This document shows positions 1-9,936 of a DNA stretch of 64,000 nucleotides, piece after piece. The notes below the pieces were generated by a model, which worked only from the letters and a program-made list of their open reading frames with translations, did no database searches and had not been told where the DNA came from. The position numbers were made by a program, and so were the translations under genes. Source of the DNA: a bacterium (GTDB taxonomy: Bacteria; Patescibacteriota; Microgenomatia; UBA1400; PJMF01); contig JAQBYG010000002.1 in assembly GCA_027620445.1 (NCBI GenBank), forward strand, positions 1,130-65,129, in the 5' to 3' direction. Position 1 is the first letter of the stretch. Every line of letters begins with the position of its first letter.

Positions 1-188
1 CCCAAAGGTATGTGATTGCTTCCGTTATATCTATTATAGGATAAAGATAGTACAATGGAGTAACTCTTAATCAACTATTGTTTCTCCGTATTGATTTTGC
101 GCTCCCAAGGCATTTCTAAGCAGAAGCTTTTACATTTGATCGAAATTATTACTACTTGTTAGTTTGAGTTAACAGATACCCTCATTGT

Positions 189-1241
189 ATGATTGCATAT
201 TTTATTCTAGTACATCGTTATCCCAACCAATTCAAAAAACTCTTTTCCGCTATACATGATTCTAAGAATCAGTATCTAATACATATTGATAAAAAAAGCA
301 GCTAAAAATGACCGAAAGCAGATTGAGCTTTTTTTACAAGAATTTTTTAACGCACATATTTTAAAATGCCAAAATGTTGTCTGGGGAGGATATAGCATGG
401 TAGATATAGAACTAAAGGGCATCAAAAAACTCCTCACGCTCAATAAAAAAATGGGAGTACTTTATTAATTTGAGTGGTCAAGATTATCCACTGCAATCTC
501 AAAAGAACATTCGACGATTTCTTACTACTCAGCAGGGGAGCAGTTTTGTGAAGATCAGTAATCAAATTACGGATCGTCCTAACACTCTCAACCGAATTAG
601 AAGCTTTTTTACCGAATCAAAAACCGGATTTACTGGCAAACCATTCAAACGTGACTTCCTGCCAAATGTGACACCTTACATTGGTGGACAATGGAAAATT
701 CTCAGTAGAGAATGTTGCGAGTTTATAACCACAAATCCCAAAGTAGCAAAGTTTAGAAAATACTCTCATTCCTGATGAAAGTTTTTTTCAAACGGTATTG
801 ATGAACACGCAATTCACAGGAAAAATTATCAATGATGATAAACGAGCAATCATCTGGATACCCGATTTTAGAACGAAAAATCAAGCAAAAAAATTGTCTG
901 CACTGACTACAACTGCACTCATTGCAAGTGGAGAGATCAAGCTACGCCCGAAGACATTTAGTGCAAATGATATGCCGTATTTACTGCAAAGCACAGCCTT
1001 GTTTGCGCGAAAGTTTGATGAAACAACCGATGCCACTCTGTTTGATTTGTTGGAGAAGAAAATCAGAAATTATTCATTCTCGAACTTACAAAACATCACC
1101 TCTGGAACCCCTTTCCATGCAAACAGAGAGCTCAAGATGTTTTCAGTAAGTGAACTAGTTAAGATAGTAAAAAATAAAGAACCGTTAATAAGTCTTAACA
1201 CAAGTTCACATCCAAAACTAAAATCTCACTCTTACTTGTAA
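189..1241 (+). pseudogene. Frameshifted core-2/I-branching beta-1,6-N-acetylglucosaminyltransferase-like glycosyltransferase (GT14 family)
   Basis: ATG at 189 gives MIAYFILVHRYPNQF...IHIDKK. Family motifs continue across four successive frame segments: VVWGGYSMV, WEYFINLSGQDYPL, GGQWKILSRE, IPDESFFQTVLMN, LFARKFD. Shifts lie at A7 291-297, A7 445-451 and about 752-765. Confidence 0.85.
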
Positions 1242-1287
1242 TCAACCTTGATATGATCAAGCGCTCTTTGGAATGGTTCTGGACAAA

Positions 1288-1316
1288 AAAAACGACGCTG
1301 GATGAGCGTCGTTTTT
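1288..1316. terminator. Bidirectional intrinsic terminator
   Basis: Perfect inverted repeat AAAAACGACGCT-ggatg-AGCGTCGTTTTT with A/T tracts on both sides, between convergent genes. Confidence 0.85.
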
Positions 1317-1336
1317 CCAAAAACTAACTAAAAGAA

Positions 1337-1417
1337 TTACTTCTTCTTAGCAGCCGTTTTTTTTGTAGCTTTTTTAACTGCTTTTTTTGCAGTTGCTTTC
1401 TTCTTTGCGGCAGGCAT
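1337..1417 (-). CDS. 26-aa Lys/Ala-rich histone H1-like peptide
   Basis: Translates as MPAAKKKATAKKAVKKATKKTAAKKK*. SD AAGGAG lies just upstream of the ATG and a terminator follows. Too short for the ORF track. Confidence 0.8.
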   Translation of the reverse strand: MPAAKKKATAKKAVKKATKKTAAKKK

Positions 1418-1522
1418 GTCGCTCCTTTATTCCCTCACTTCAGCAAAAATTGCTTGGTGAGAATGTTATTAGTAATACTACTAAAGAAGCTATACATCGC
1501 ATTGTCAATAGGATTTTGTATA

Positions 1523-2080
1523 TCAGCGAATCATTGTCTCGACCCACCCGCCAAGCACATACGCAGCCACGGCTGCAATCGCACCAACTCCCAGCATCTC
1601 TAAACCACCATAGATCCAGTGTCGCTCCTCAAATCTGGTGCGTAGCGAACCGACCAAAAAGAGTGCGCCAGCTGTTGAAAAAATGGAGAGATTAAACTGT
1701 GCATCTTCGGGAATAGGTGCTCCCAGTGCGCGTGCAAAATAGGGCAGCAATGGCATAGATCCGGCAATGACAAATGCAATGAAGGTGACCAAGCCAGACT
1801 TCCACAATCCTTTTGATTCAGAGTGGCCCGTGTGCTTTTGACGCATGTTTTGCTCTGACCGCTCACCAAGGTAATCACCAAAACCCATAGCCATGCCATC
1901 CGCAATCATGTTTGCGATTCCGAGAATAACTATGATGCTCGCTGCTAAATGTGCACCAGACACACCTGCCACCACAGCAAAAGTCGTAACAATGCCATCG
2001 TTGGCACCATACACAGCTGCTTTGAGTAGGCGGGGATTAAATCGGTAATTCACCAGACTATTTTCGCAGATACAGCTCAC
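1523..2080 (-). CDS. VIT1/CCC1 family Fe/Mn transporter
   Basis: Motifs LKAAVYGANDGIVTTFAVVAG and ADGMAMGFGDYL; hydrophobic helices. Start uncertain. Confidence 0.9.
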   Translation of the reverse strand: MSCICENSLVNYRFNPRLLKAAVYGANDGIVTTFAVVAGVSGAHLAASIIVILGIANMIADGMAMGFGDYLGERSEQNMRQKHTGHSESKGLWKSGLVTFIAFVIAGSMPLLPYFARALGAPIPEDAQFNLSIFSTAGALFLVGSLRTRFEERHWIYGGLEMLGVGAIAAVAAYVLGGWVETMIR

Positions 2081-2147
2081 AACTTCAACAGTCGTAGACT
2101 TTGGTCATGTACAGTGCTTTTTTTGCATGCTACCTTTGTTGTAGTAA

Positions 2148-2921
2148 ATGGAAAATAACTACCAGGAATTCTATAAATCCGCACAGATTGCTGTCGACAA
2201 GGCTGAAGCAGTCATTCTCAAGTACTTTCATGAGCAGAACTTTTCTATTGAACAGAAAGCAGATAACACTCCAGTGACCGCAGCAGACAAAGCTGCAGAG
2301 CGGATCATCAAAGAGCACTTACATAAAACCTTTCCTTCGCATGGCTACTTTGGAGAAGAGGAGGGTGACGAGAGCAAAGAAGCAGAGTTTGTCTGGACCA
2401 TCGATCCGATTGATGGAACAAAAAACTTTGTTCGTGGTCTACCGCTTTTTTCTACTGAGCTCGCCATGCTACACAACGGGAAACCAGTTGTTGGTATATC
2501 TAACTTTCCGATTCTCAAACAACGAGCTCAGGCCGCCAAAGGCATCGGGGCATTTGTTGGCACAGAACAAATTACAGTGAGTAAAATAGCAAAACTAGAA
2601 AATGCCTACGTCAGTCACGGCGGTATCAAGCATTTTGACAAAAAAAATCTATTGACACCTTTGCTCAAAATTTCATATCTAGCACAATCGACTCGCGGCT
2701 TTGGCGATAGTTGGAGTTTTCAACAACTCGCCCAAGGTAAAATCGATGTCTCTCTAGAGGCGCATGTTCGGCTCTGGGACATTGCCGCCCAAAGTATCAT
2801 TATCGAAGAAGCCGGCGGCACAGTAACAGACATATATGGCAAACAAATTGGATTTGATACGGCGACAGTTCTAGCCAGTAACGGCCTGCTTCACCAGGAA
2901 CTGCTCGACCTGCTATGCTAG
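2148..2921 (+). CDS. Inositol monophosphatase family protein (HisN-like)
   Basis: GEE, WTIDPIDGTKNF and WDIAA motifs. Confidence 0.9.
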   Translation: MENNYQEFYKSAQIAVDKAEAVILKYFHEQNFSIEQKADNTPVTAADKAAERIIKEHLHKTFPSHGYFGEEEGDESKEAEFVWTIDPIDGTKNFVRGLPLFSTELAMLHNGKPVVGISNFPILKQRAQAAKGIGAFVGTEQITVSKIAKLENAYVSHGGIKHFDKKNLLTPLLKISYLAQSTRGFGDSWSFQQLAQGKIDVSLEAHVRLWDIAAQSIIIEEAGGTVTDIYGKQIGFDTATVLASNGLLHQELLDLLC

Positions 2922-2925
2922 TTGC

Positions 2926-4182
2926 ATGCATATTTCTCACATAACCGCGTACGAAATAATAGCTTCCGGAGGCTACCCAACTCTCGAGGTGGAACTCACT
3001 CTTTCTGATGGTAGTACGGGAGTGGCCTCAGTCCCTTATGGTGCTTCGGCAGGATCACACGAAGCGACAGTCTTGGTTGATGGCGACAAAAAACGCTACA
3101 ACGGAAACGGGATGCTGACAGCTATCGATCATGTGGATGAAATTCTCAAACCTGTTTTGACCCAGCAAACATTTACAACCCAAGCAGAGCTCGATAAAAC
3201 CATGATTGGCATCGATGGTACTACCAATAAAAAGAAACTTGGTGGCAACACAATTCTCGCAATCTCTCTCGCGTACGCCAAAGCAGTGGCGAGTAGTCGC
3301 AAGCAACCGCTCTATACCTATATTCTTGAAGAATTCAAGTTACCAACCGTCCGCACGCTACCAAAACCAATGCTCGTCACGATCGAGGGAGGCAAACATG
3401 CAGACAACTCAACTGATCTACAAGAGTTCTGTCTTTCGGCGATGGGAAGCAAACCAACCCACGAACAGATCCGGGCGACACTCGAAACATATCATCAGGT
3501 GAAAAAGATTTTGCATAGTGAAGGCCTATCAACAAATGTCGGCAACGAAGGCGCCTTTGCACCGAGCGGTTTGCCATCAAATGAGAAACCACTCGAATAC
3601 TTAGTTGCAGCGATCAAGCAAGCCGGTTACGAGCCAGGCAAGGACATCGGCATCTCAATCGATGCGGCAGCAAGCGAGTACTACATTGATAAGACATATC
3701 ATCTGAAATTGGAAAAAACGAGTTACGACTCAAAACAAATGGTTGAGTATTACCGACCTTGGCTCGAGAAATATCCAATTGTTAGCTTTGAAGATATGCT
3801 GGACGAGGATGACTGGGACAACTGGCCAGCTATGCAGAAGCTTTGCGCTGAGTTTACTGTGCCGCTCATCGGCGATGACCTCACGGTCACCAATACCAAA
3901 CGACTGCAAAAAGCTATCGAACTTTCTGCAGTATCTGGAGTACTCGTGAAGTTAAATCAAATCGGCACGCTCACCGAAACAATCGAGTGCTGCAAACTTG
4001 CACAAAAACATAATTTGATGATCGTACCGTCCCATCGAGGTGGGGGAGAAACAAACGACACCAGTATGGTCGACGTCGCAGTGGCAGTTGGGGCCTCGTA
4101 TATCAAAGTCGGACCCACGCGTGGCGAACGAGTCTCAAAATATAACCGGCTCCTGGAGATAGAACGGGAAGCAACAGCCTAA
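2926..4182 (+). CDS. eno: Enolase, copy A (divergent)
   Basis: GASAGSHEA, DLQEF, GNEGAFAP, GDDLTVTN, VKLNQIGT, SHRGGGET, ERVSKYNRL. Confidence 0.9.
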   Translation: MHISHITAYEIIASGGYPTLEVELTLSDGSTGVASVPYGASAGSHEATVLVDGDKKRYNGNGMLTAIDHVDEILKPVLTQQTFTTQAELDKTMIGIDGTTNKKKLGGNTILAISLAYAKAVASSRKQPLYTYILEEFKLPTVRTLPKPMLVTIEGGKHADNSTDLQEFCLSAMGSKPTHEQIRATLETYHQVKKILHSEGLSTNVGNEGAFAPSGLPSNEKPLEYLVAAIKQAGYEPGKDIGISIDAAASEYYIDKTYHLKLEKTSYDSKQMVEYYRPWLEKYPIVSFEDMLDEDDWDNWPAMQKLCAEFTVPLIGDDLTVTNTKRLQKAIELSAVSGVLVKLNQIGTLTETIECCKLAQKHNLMIVPSHRGGGETNDTSMVDVAVAVGASYIKVGPTRGERVSKYNRLLEIEREATA

Positions 4183-4739
4183 GCTCGAGAAAAATAACTC
4201 ATCGTCGCGGTGTCGATAATCAGCGAGTCACCAGTTTTGACAAAAAGTGGCGCGAGTAGAGAGTGGCCTGTTTCGAGCTCCACCATTTTGCGTGCCTGCC
4301 CAACAGTATTACCACCATCTGCATCTTCGGCGTGCGCGACGACAAGCGTCACTTTGTCTGGCAATCGTACTCCAATGGGTTTTTCGTCGAACATGAGAAT
4401 GTAGACAGATAATTCTTCCTTTAACAATTTGCGCTGCTCACCAACCAAATCCACTGGCACGGTCATTTGTTCAAACGTGCCCCCATCCATAAATACCAAC
4501 TCGTCACCATCTTGGTACAGATACTGCATCTGCTTACTAGATACCTCGACTTGCTCGACATTTTCTTGTGATTTGAAGGTAAAGTCGGTCGTCCCGGTTG
4601 CCAACACACTCTTGAGCTTTACGCGCATCAGAGCAGATCCTTTGCCCGGACTCATAAAATCTGTTTTAGTCACCTGATACGGAGCATTCTTAAAGAGAAT
4701 GTACATACCTTTGCGAATGTTGCCTGCTTTGATCGTCAT
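4179..4739 (-). CDS. efp: Elongation factor P
   Basis: PGKG loop, MQYLY, LETG, PLFVKTGD; 186 aa. Confidence 0.95.
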   Translation of the reverse strand: MTIKAGNIRKGMYILFKNAPYQVTKTDFMSPGKGSALMRVKLKSVLATGTTDFTFKSQENVEQVEVSSKQMQYLYQDGDELVFMDGGTFEQMTVPVDLVGEQRKLLKEELSVYILMFDEKPIGVRLPDKVTLVVAHAEDADGGNTVGQARKMVELETGHSLLAPLFVKTGDSLIIDTATMSYFSRA

Positions 4740-4774
4740 ACGTCGGAAATTGTATCACAGAGTATACTACCACC

Positions 4775-5473
4775 ATGCCTAGTATAAAATTACAACAAGC
4801 ATTGGCTCAAGCTGGAGTTGCCTCACGTCGCAAGGCGGAAGAGATGATTCTTGCCAAGCGCATCAAAGTGAATGGCGAACTCGCCCATATCGGCCAGCGC
4901 GTCGATCTGGCTCTCGATAAGATAGAGTTTGATCAGCAACTTGTCACCCAGCCAGAGGGTAAGAGGTATTTTCTCGTCTACAAGCCAGCAGGGCTCGTCT
5001 CTACTACTTCCGACGAGCAGGGTAGAGAAACAGTACTTTCACTCTTACCAAAAGATGTGAGTGAACGACTCTTCCCCGTTGGCAGGTTAGATAAAGACAG
5101 CGAAGGCTTATTGCTCCTTACCAATGATGGTGAGTACGCCAATACCTTGCTGCACCCGAGCTTTGGCACACAAAAGACCTACGAAGTTACTGTTACCGGT
5201 AGTGTCAGCAGCAAAGCGCTCGAGCACTTGCGCAGAGGAGTGAAGTTAAAAGAGGGCTATATCGCCCCTGACTCCGCAACAATTCTCGACGTTATCGGCA
5301 GTAGCACAATTCTTGAGGTCGTATTGTCCGAAGGTAAAAAGCATGAGATTCGTCGCATGATGCGTCGCATCGGCTACATCGTGACAAAACTCGTACGTAC
5401 AAAGTTTGGTCCCTATTCTCTCGAAACGCTCGAAGAAACCGATTGCATTGAGCTTCCACCTCCTATTAAATGA
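4775..5473 (+). CDS. rRNA pseudouridine synthase, RsuA/RluB family, with S4 domain
   Basis: SRRKAEEMI S4 motif, catalytic GRLDKDSEGLLLLTNDG, EGKKHEIRRM. Confidence 0.93.
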   Translation: MPSIKLQQALAQAGVASRRKAEEMILAKRIKVNGELAHIGQRVDLALDKIEFDQQLVTQPEGKRYFLVYKPAGLVSTTSDEQGRETVLSLLPKDVSERLFPVGRLDKDSEGLLLLTNDGEYANTLLHPSFGTQKTYEVTVTGSVSSKALEHLRRGVKLKEGYIAPDSATILDVIGSSTILEVVLSEGKKHEIRRMMRRIGYIVTKLVRTKFGPYSLETLEETDCIELPPPIK

Positions 5474-5513
5474 AAGACGCCGGGAAGATGGAGGCTTTTG
5501 TTATACTAAACCA

Positions 5514-6167
5514 ATGATCAAAGCAGTAATTTTTGACATGAACGGCATCATTATTGATGACGAGCACATCCATGAGCTCGCATTCAGCCACGTTGTGCAG
5601 CGATTTGGAATTGAGATCTCTCACGAACTGTACTTAGAGTGTTGTGCAGGCAGAACTGATAGAGCGGGTTTTGAAACCATTGCAGAACGCTTTTCCGTAC
5701 CACTTCCGATTGACGCAGTTTTGGTCGAAAAAAGCCAAGCCTATCTAACATTATTTCCTAAAACTAAAAAAGCTTTCCCCGGAGTTCTCGAGCTACTTCA
5801 CTCATTAGAAAAAACTGATCTCACCCTAGCACTTGTTTCGAGTGCGTCTCGAATCGAAGTTGAGTTGGTAATCAAAGAGTTTGGACTCACAAATACCTTT
5901 GTACAAACAATCTCAGCCGACGACGTTACACTAGGCAAACCAGATCCAGAACCGTACCAAAAAATGATAAGACTCCTTGGACTAAAAGCTGATGAATGTG
6001 TGGTCATCGAAGATTCGCGAAACGGTGTACTCTCTGCCAAAGCTGCTGGTTGTGCTTGTGTGGCAGTGACGACGACACATGAGAGAGAAGATCTGCTGGA
6101 GGCGGATTTAACCGTGGACAGGTTTGAGGAATTGGATGAGGATAAATTGAGGGCTGTTTCGTCATGA
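5514..6167 (+). CDS. HAD family phosphatase (beta-PGM/CbbY-like)
   Basis: VIFDMNG, GKPDPEPY, VIEDSRNG. ATG 5514 lies 6 nt after a TATACT box. Confidence 0.88.
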   Translation: MIKAVIFDMNGIIIDDEHIHELAFSHVVQRFGIEISHELYLECCAGRTDRAGFETIAERFSVPLPIDAVLVEKSQAYLTLFPKTKKAFPGVLELLHSLEKTDLTLALVSSASRIEVELVIKEFGLTNTFVQTISADDVTLGKPDPEPYQKMIRLLGLKADECVVIEDSRNGVLSAKAAGCACVAVTTTHEREDLLEADLTVDRFEELDEDKLRAVSS

Positions 6168-6214
6168 AGAATTCCAAAATAATTATCTGAATGATGATTT
6201 AGAGATACAACTGA

Positions 6215-7198
6215 TTATTTGGTTGTATTAGTTGCTGAGTTAGCTCGATTCTCTAGAGCGGCTTGATACTCGAGTAGGTGTTTCTTTCTGGTTTCCACAC
6301 TTGCTCCCGGAACGCCTTCTAGTCGTACCAATTTTGGAAGTCTCGCCAAAAGCCGAGCAAATCTTCGTAATATTTCTTTGCGGACACCATTGTTCGATGC
6401 TGGGTTTTGATTAATAAGCCGCGCATTAGGGTGAATAACGTTGAAATTAGTATGTACAAAAGATAGACCGCGACGATTCGGCCGAGCATCGATGGGTACA
6501 CCAGGCTGATTGATAAAGTCGCACTTGATTGCAACCAAAAAGGTACCGGGAAATGCTGTCACAGACCCATAAGTTCCACCTCCTGCCAAATTAGCTTCAT
6601 TCCCACTGAAAACACAATTCATTAGCTCGGCATAAGAACCCGCCGAAAGTAAATCAATTGCTGCACCTGTATCCTGACATCTGTTATTTTCAAATCTACA
6701 GTTAGTTGCACTGAGGCTACCTCCAAGGTTTGAAATTGCGCCACCACAAATTGCTGAGTAATTGTCGATAAATGTACAATCCTCGAGCTTAACCGTCGAT
6801 GCTTCTCCCATTGAAATTGCACCTCCATCAAGGAAGCGAAAAATGTTCATTCTCTTTTCTGGAGAATTCTCCAAAGGACCTTCATTTTTTTGAAAAATGG
6901 CTTCAGTATTGCCTCCTCGAAATGTTAATCCCTTCACTGAAACTCGAATGCCGTCCTCAATAAACATGAGATGCTGCGCAATACCCTTGCCATCAAGCAT
7001 TGCCTTGCCAACGATCGTAATATCTTCAGTGATTGTCAGCATGCTAAAAGGAGCAGGTGACTCGACAAAAAAATAACCCTCGAGGCGAATTGTTTTGTAT
7101 CCAGCTCTCAGCGCAACATCTACCTGGGATTGCAAAGTATAACGACCATCTGGTCTGATTATACATTCGTTGTTGTTTTCTGCTTCAGGACTGTGCAC
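6215..7198 (-). CDS. Right-handed beta-helix (pectin-lyase-like / Pmp GGAI-FxxN repeat) protein
   Basis: Repeats DGGAI, FIDN..GGAI, FENN..GAAI, FSGN. In-frame GTG at 7198 avoids overlap with the YbaK gene. Confidence 0.7.
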   Translation of the reverse strand: MHSPEAENNNECIIRPDGRYTLQSQVDVALRAGYKTIRLEGYFFVESPAPFSMLTITEDITIVGKAMLDGKGIAQHLMFIEDGIRVSVKGLTFRGGNTEAIFQKNEGPLENSPEKRMNIFRFLDGGAISMGEASTVKLEDCTFIDNYSAICGGAISNLGGSLSATNCRFENNRCQDTGAAIDLLSAGSYAELMNCVFSGNEANLAGGGTYGSVTAFPGTFLVAIKCDFINQPGVPIDARPNRRGLSFVHTNFNVIHPNARLINQNPASNNGVRKEILRRFARLLARLPKLVRLEGVPGASVETRKKHLLEYQAALENRANSATNTTK

Positions 7199-7199
7199 T

Positions 7200-7730
7200 T
7201 TATATAATCCCTTCCTTTGTCGGCCCAACCAGCCGCACGTAGTCATTCGCCAACATCCCCACCGAAAATGACTTATCGCCAGCATTGAAAATAATCTTTT
7301 CGTTCTCCAAGAGGGTAGGGTCGACAAAAACTTCTAGTCCAAATAGATTTCCAAACGGTGGCACACCACCCAGCAAAACCCCGCCAGTAATTTCCAAAAC
7401 TTCCTCCTCAGTCGCAAAACGAATATTTTTCGCCCCAAGTAATTTCTTGACCTTGTCTGAATCAAAGCGAGCGTCTCCTGGCATCACGAGCATCACAAAT
7501 CGCTTTTCGGTACTCGAAATCTTTACTCGGATCAAAATAGCTTTCGCTCCTTGCGCCAGCGTATATCCATCACGAAGTTGGGCGGCTTCCTCACTCGTCC
7601 GTACAGGCTCGTGCTCGAACGTTTCGTGCCAACAATTGTTTTTCTCGAGAATTTCAAGAATCTGAGAAACAACGGGGTGGTAGTTATTCAGTATAGGACT
7701 CTGCATTTCTGTGAGGGAAGTATAACTCAA
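7200..7730 (-). CDS. YbaK/ProX family aminoacyl-tRNA deacylase
   Basis: HEPVRTSEEAA, GAKAIL, GGVPPFG, FNAG. Start may be ATG 7706. Confidence 0.9.
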   Translation of the reverse strand: MSYTSLTEMQSPILNNYHPVVSQILEILEKNNCWHETFEHEPVRTSEEAAQLRDGYTLAQGAKAILIRVKISSTEKRFVMLVMPGDARFDSDKVKKLLGAKNIRFATEEEVLEITGGVLLGGVPPFGNLFGLEVFVDPTLLENEKIIFNAGDKSFSVGMLANDYVRLVGPTKEGII

Positions 7731-7787
7731 AACGGAACAGCACGGTACTATACTCCCCGAATACTCACTGAGGGGAAAGGAATCTCT

Positions 7788-8123
7788 ATGTCACGTCCTG
7801 AGTCTGAACACCAGGAATCAAAACTAATTTATCTAAAAGAATGGAAGTTAGAGAACAGAAACAGAGTAGTCATTCCCATGATAATTATCAGCAACACTCA
7901 TTCTGGAAGAAAGTGCCAAGTCTGGCTTAACTTTACATTTAGAAGTGAGTTGATAAAAAATCCAGGTGAGATTGTTAGGGGACTTCCACAAGTAAAAATA
8001 GCAGACAATACTTCATTCACAGTCTGGTCTACTGCTTCAGAATTTGACATAGTGCAAATTGTTAGAAAACTCCTGGAAGGCCTCTGCTACGTAGAAGTTT
8101 TGAACACAACTACTTCACAGTAA
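7788..8123 (+). CDS. Hypothetical protein (111 aa)
   Basis: ATG 7788 follows a GGAAAGGA SD-like sequence and fills the gap between YbaK and glmS. No motif recognised. Confidence 0.45.
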   Translation: MSRPESEHQESKLIYLKEWKLENRNRVVIPMIIISNTHSGRKCQVWLNFTFRSELIKNPGEIVRGLPQVKIADNTSFTVWSTASEFDIVQIVRKLLEGLCYVEVLNTTTSQ

Positions 8124-9879
8124 CACTTTTCGCCAAATTTCTCGGCTTGTCAGGATCACGATCGAGCAGAAGTGCTAGCTCGTAGGCGAGTAGCTGCATG
8201 CCCACACTATATGCAATGGTGCTGCTCAGACCAGTGTGCCGTATCGGCAAGCAGTACGAAAACACTTCATTCGGCTCATCCGTAATACCAATAGTGTAAC
8301 CACCCCTGCTTTTGATCTCGATTGCGGTAGAGATCATATCTTGATAGCTAGAATCTTTGGGTGCCAACAAAATACACGGCGTACCTGGCTCAATCAATGC
8401 TATCACTCCATGCTTGAGCTCGCCTGCGGCAAATCCTTCCGTGTGTATATAGGTGACTTCTTTTATTTTAAGCGCGCCCTCTAGGGCAGCCGGATACAGA
8501 GCGCCTCTACCCAACACAAATGAGTGCTCGGCTTTTTTCAGCTTTTGCGCCAAAGGTCTGAGGTACTTCTCTCGATACTGCTTGGTCAGTATGCGCGAGA
8601 CTTCTTGTATCGTCGCTTGTAGTTCTTTCTTGCCTTGCTCTAAAGTTCCAGCCATTTCGTGTGCAAGCAAAAAGAGTACTGCGACCTTGGCAGTCCAAGA
8701 CTTTGTTGCCAACACACACTGCTCCGGTCCGGCTCCCAAAAGAACCTTGTGCTCAGTGGCTCGCTCTAGCGAAGAACCGAGTCTATTCACAATGGCGCCA
8801 AACGAGCGCTTGTTCTGCTGTAGGATCGCGACACTCTCGAGCAAATCGATCGTCTCGCCGCTCTGAGAAATGAACGTTACAAACCCATCACTCGTAAACA
8901 GTGAGCGCGCGGCTGCAAACTCGCTACCCATGTAGGCAGAGCTACTTCTCTTTGCCAAACTTGATAAAAAGTAGACTCCAAGCAGGGCGGCATGGTACGC
9001 ACTGCCACACCCAACAAACGCGAGTTCATCGCTCAGCTGTTTGGCAAAGATTGACAAACTCAGGTGTGCAGTGTCATGAACATGTTGTAACACTTTGGGC
9101 TGTTCTGCAATTTCCTTGATCATAAAATGTGGATACTCACCCAGACTCAAGTCTTCCGCAGAAACATCCAGCTTGCTCCACAGAATTTGTTTTTGCGTAA
9201 GGGTTTCAACTTCATAGAATTCGACACTATCGCTCTGACACACAACTAAATCTCCCTCCTGAAAATAATAAACACTCTCTGTGTATTCGCTCAAAGCAGC
9301 AGCATCACTGGCAAGGTACCGCCCCGTACCATCTACTCCCAGAGCTAGTGGAGAGCCTTTGCTAACCGCAATCAACTGATCAGATACAAGATCCATCACC
9401 ACCAAGGCATTGAGTCCCTGAATGTCCAGAACAGCGCGTTGGACTGCGGTCAAAAAGTCGTAGGACTCACGGTAGTAAGAGATCAATTGCACCGCTACTT
9501 CAGTGTCCGTTTCGGAGACAAAAACATACCCTTTTGCACGCAAATCATCTCTGAGCTCTTGATAGTTTTCGATGATGCCATTGTGCACCAAGGCAATTTG
9601 TTTTTTTGTATCCAAGTGTGGGTGTGCATTTTGCACAGTGACACCGCCATGCGTTGCCCAGCGAGTGTGTCCAATCGCACTAGCACCAACAAACTTTGTA
9701 CCCAAAGTAGCTGTGCCAATTTTCCCAACATGCTTCTCTACCAAAAACTGTGGTTTTCCAGTAGCACGCAGCGCAACTCCCCAACTGTCGTAGCCTCGAT
9801 ACTCGAGCAGTTTTAGACCTTTGAGCACAAGCGCTGCAGCGTCATTTTTTGTACCAATATATCCAAATATTCCACACAT
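8110..9879 (-). CDS. glmS: Glutamine--fructose-6-phosphate transaminase
   Basis: N-terminal MCGIFG, LEYRGYDS, GHTRWATHG, SQSGET, C-terminal PRNLAKSVT. Confidence 0.97.
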   Translation of the reverse strand: MCGIFGYIGTKNDAAALVLKGLKLLEYRGYDSWGVALRATGKPQFLVEKHVGKIGTATLGTKFVGASAIGHTRWATHGGVTVQNAHPHLDTKKQIALVHNGIIENYQELRDDLRAKGYVFVSETDTEVAVQLISYYRESYDFLTAVQRAVLDIQGLNALVVMDLVSDQLIAVSKGSPLALGVDGTGRYLASDAAALSEYTESVYYFQEGDLVVCQSDSVEFYEVETLTQKQILWSKLDVSAEDLSLGEYPHFMIKEIAEQPKVLQHVHDTAHLSLSIFAKQLSDELAFVGCGSAYHAALLGVYFLSSLAKRSSSAYMGSEFAAARSLFTSDGFVTFISQSGETIDLLESVAILQQNKRSFGAIVNRLGSSLERATEHKVLLGAGPEQCVLATKSWTAKVAVLFLLAHEMAGTLEQGKKELQATIQEVSRILTKQYREKYLRPLAQKLKKAEHSFVLGRGALYPAALEGALKIKEVTYIHTEGFAAGELKHGVIALIEPGTPCILLAPKDSSYQDMISTAIEIKSRGGYTIGITDEPNEVFSYCLPIRHTGLSSTIAYSVGMQLLAYELALLLDRDPDKPRNLAKSVTVK

Positions 9880-9936
9880 ACGGTTTCTCCTGTGATACGA
9901 CAAATACGAAAAAACAAATGAAAATTTTTTTGCGGG

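Noticed and set aside
286-775. Independent small hypothetical genes 286..468 and 470..775
   Set aside because: They are consecutive fragments of one frameshifted glycosyltransferase.
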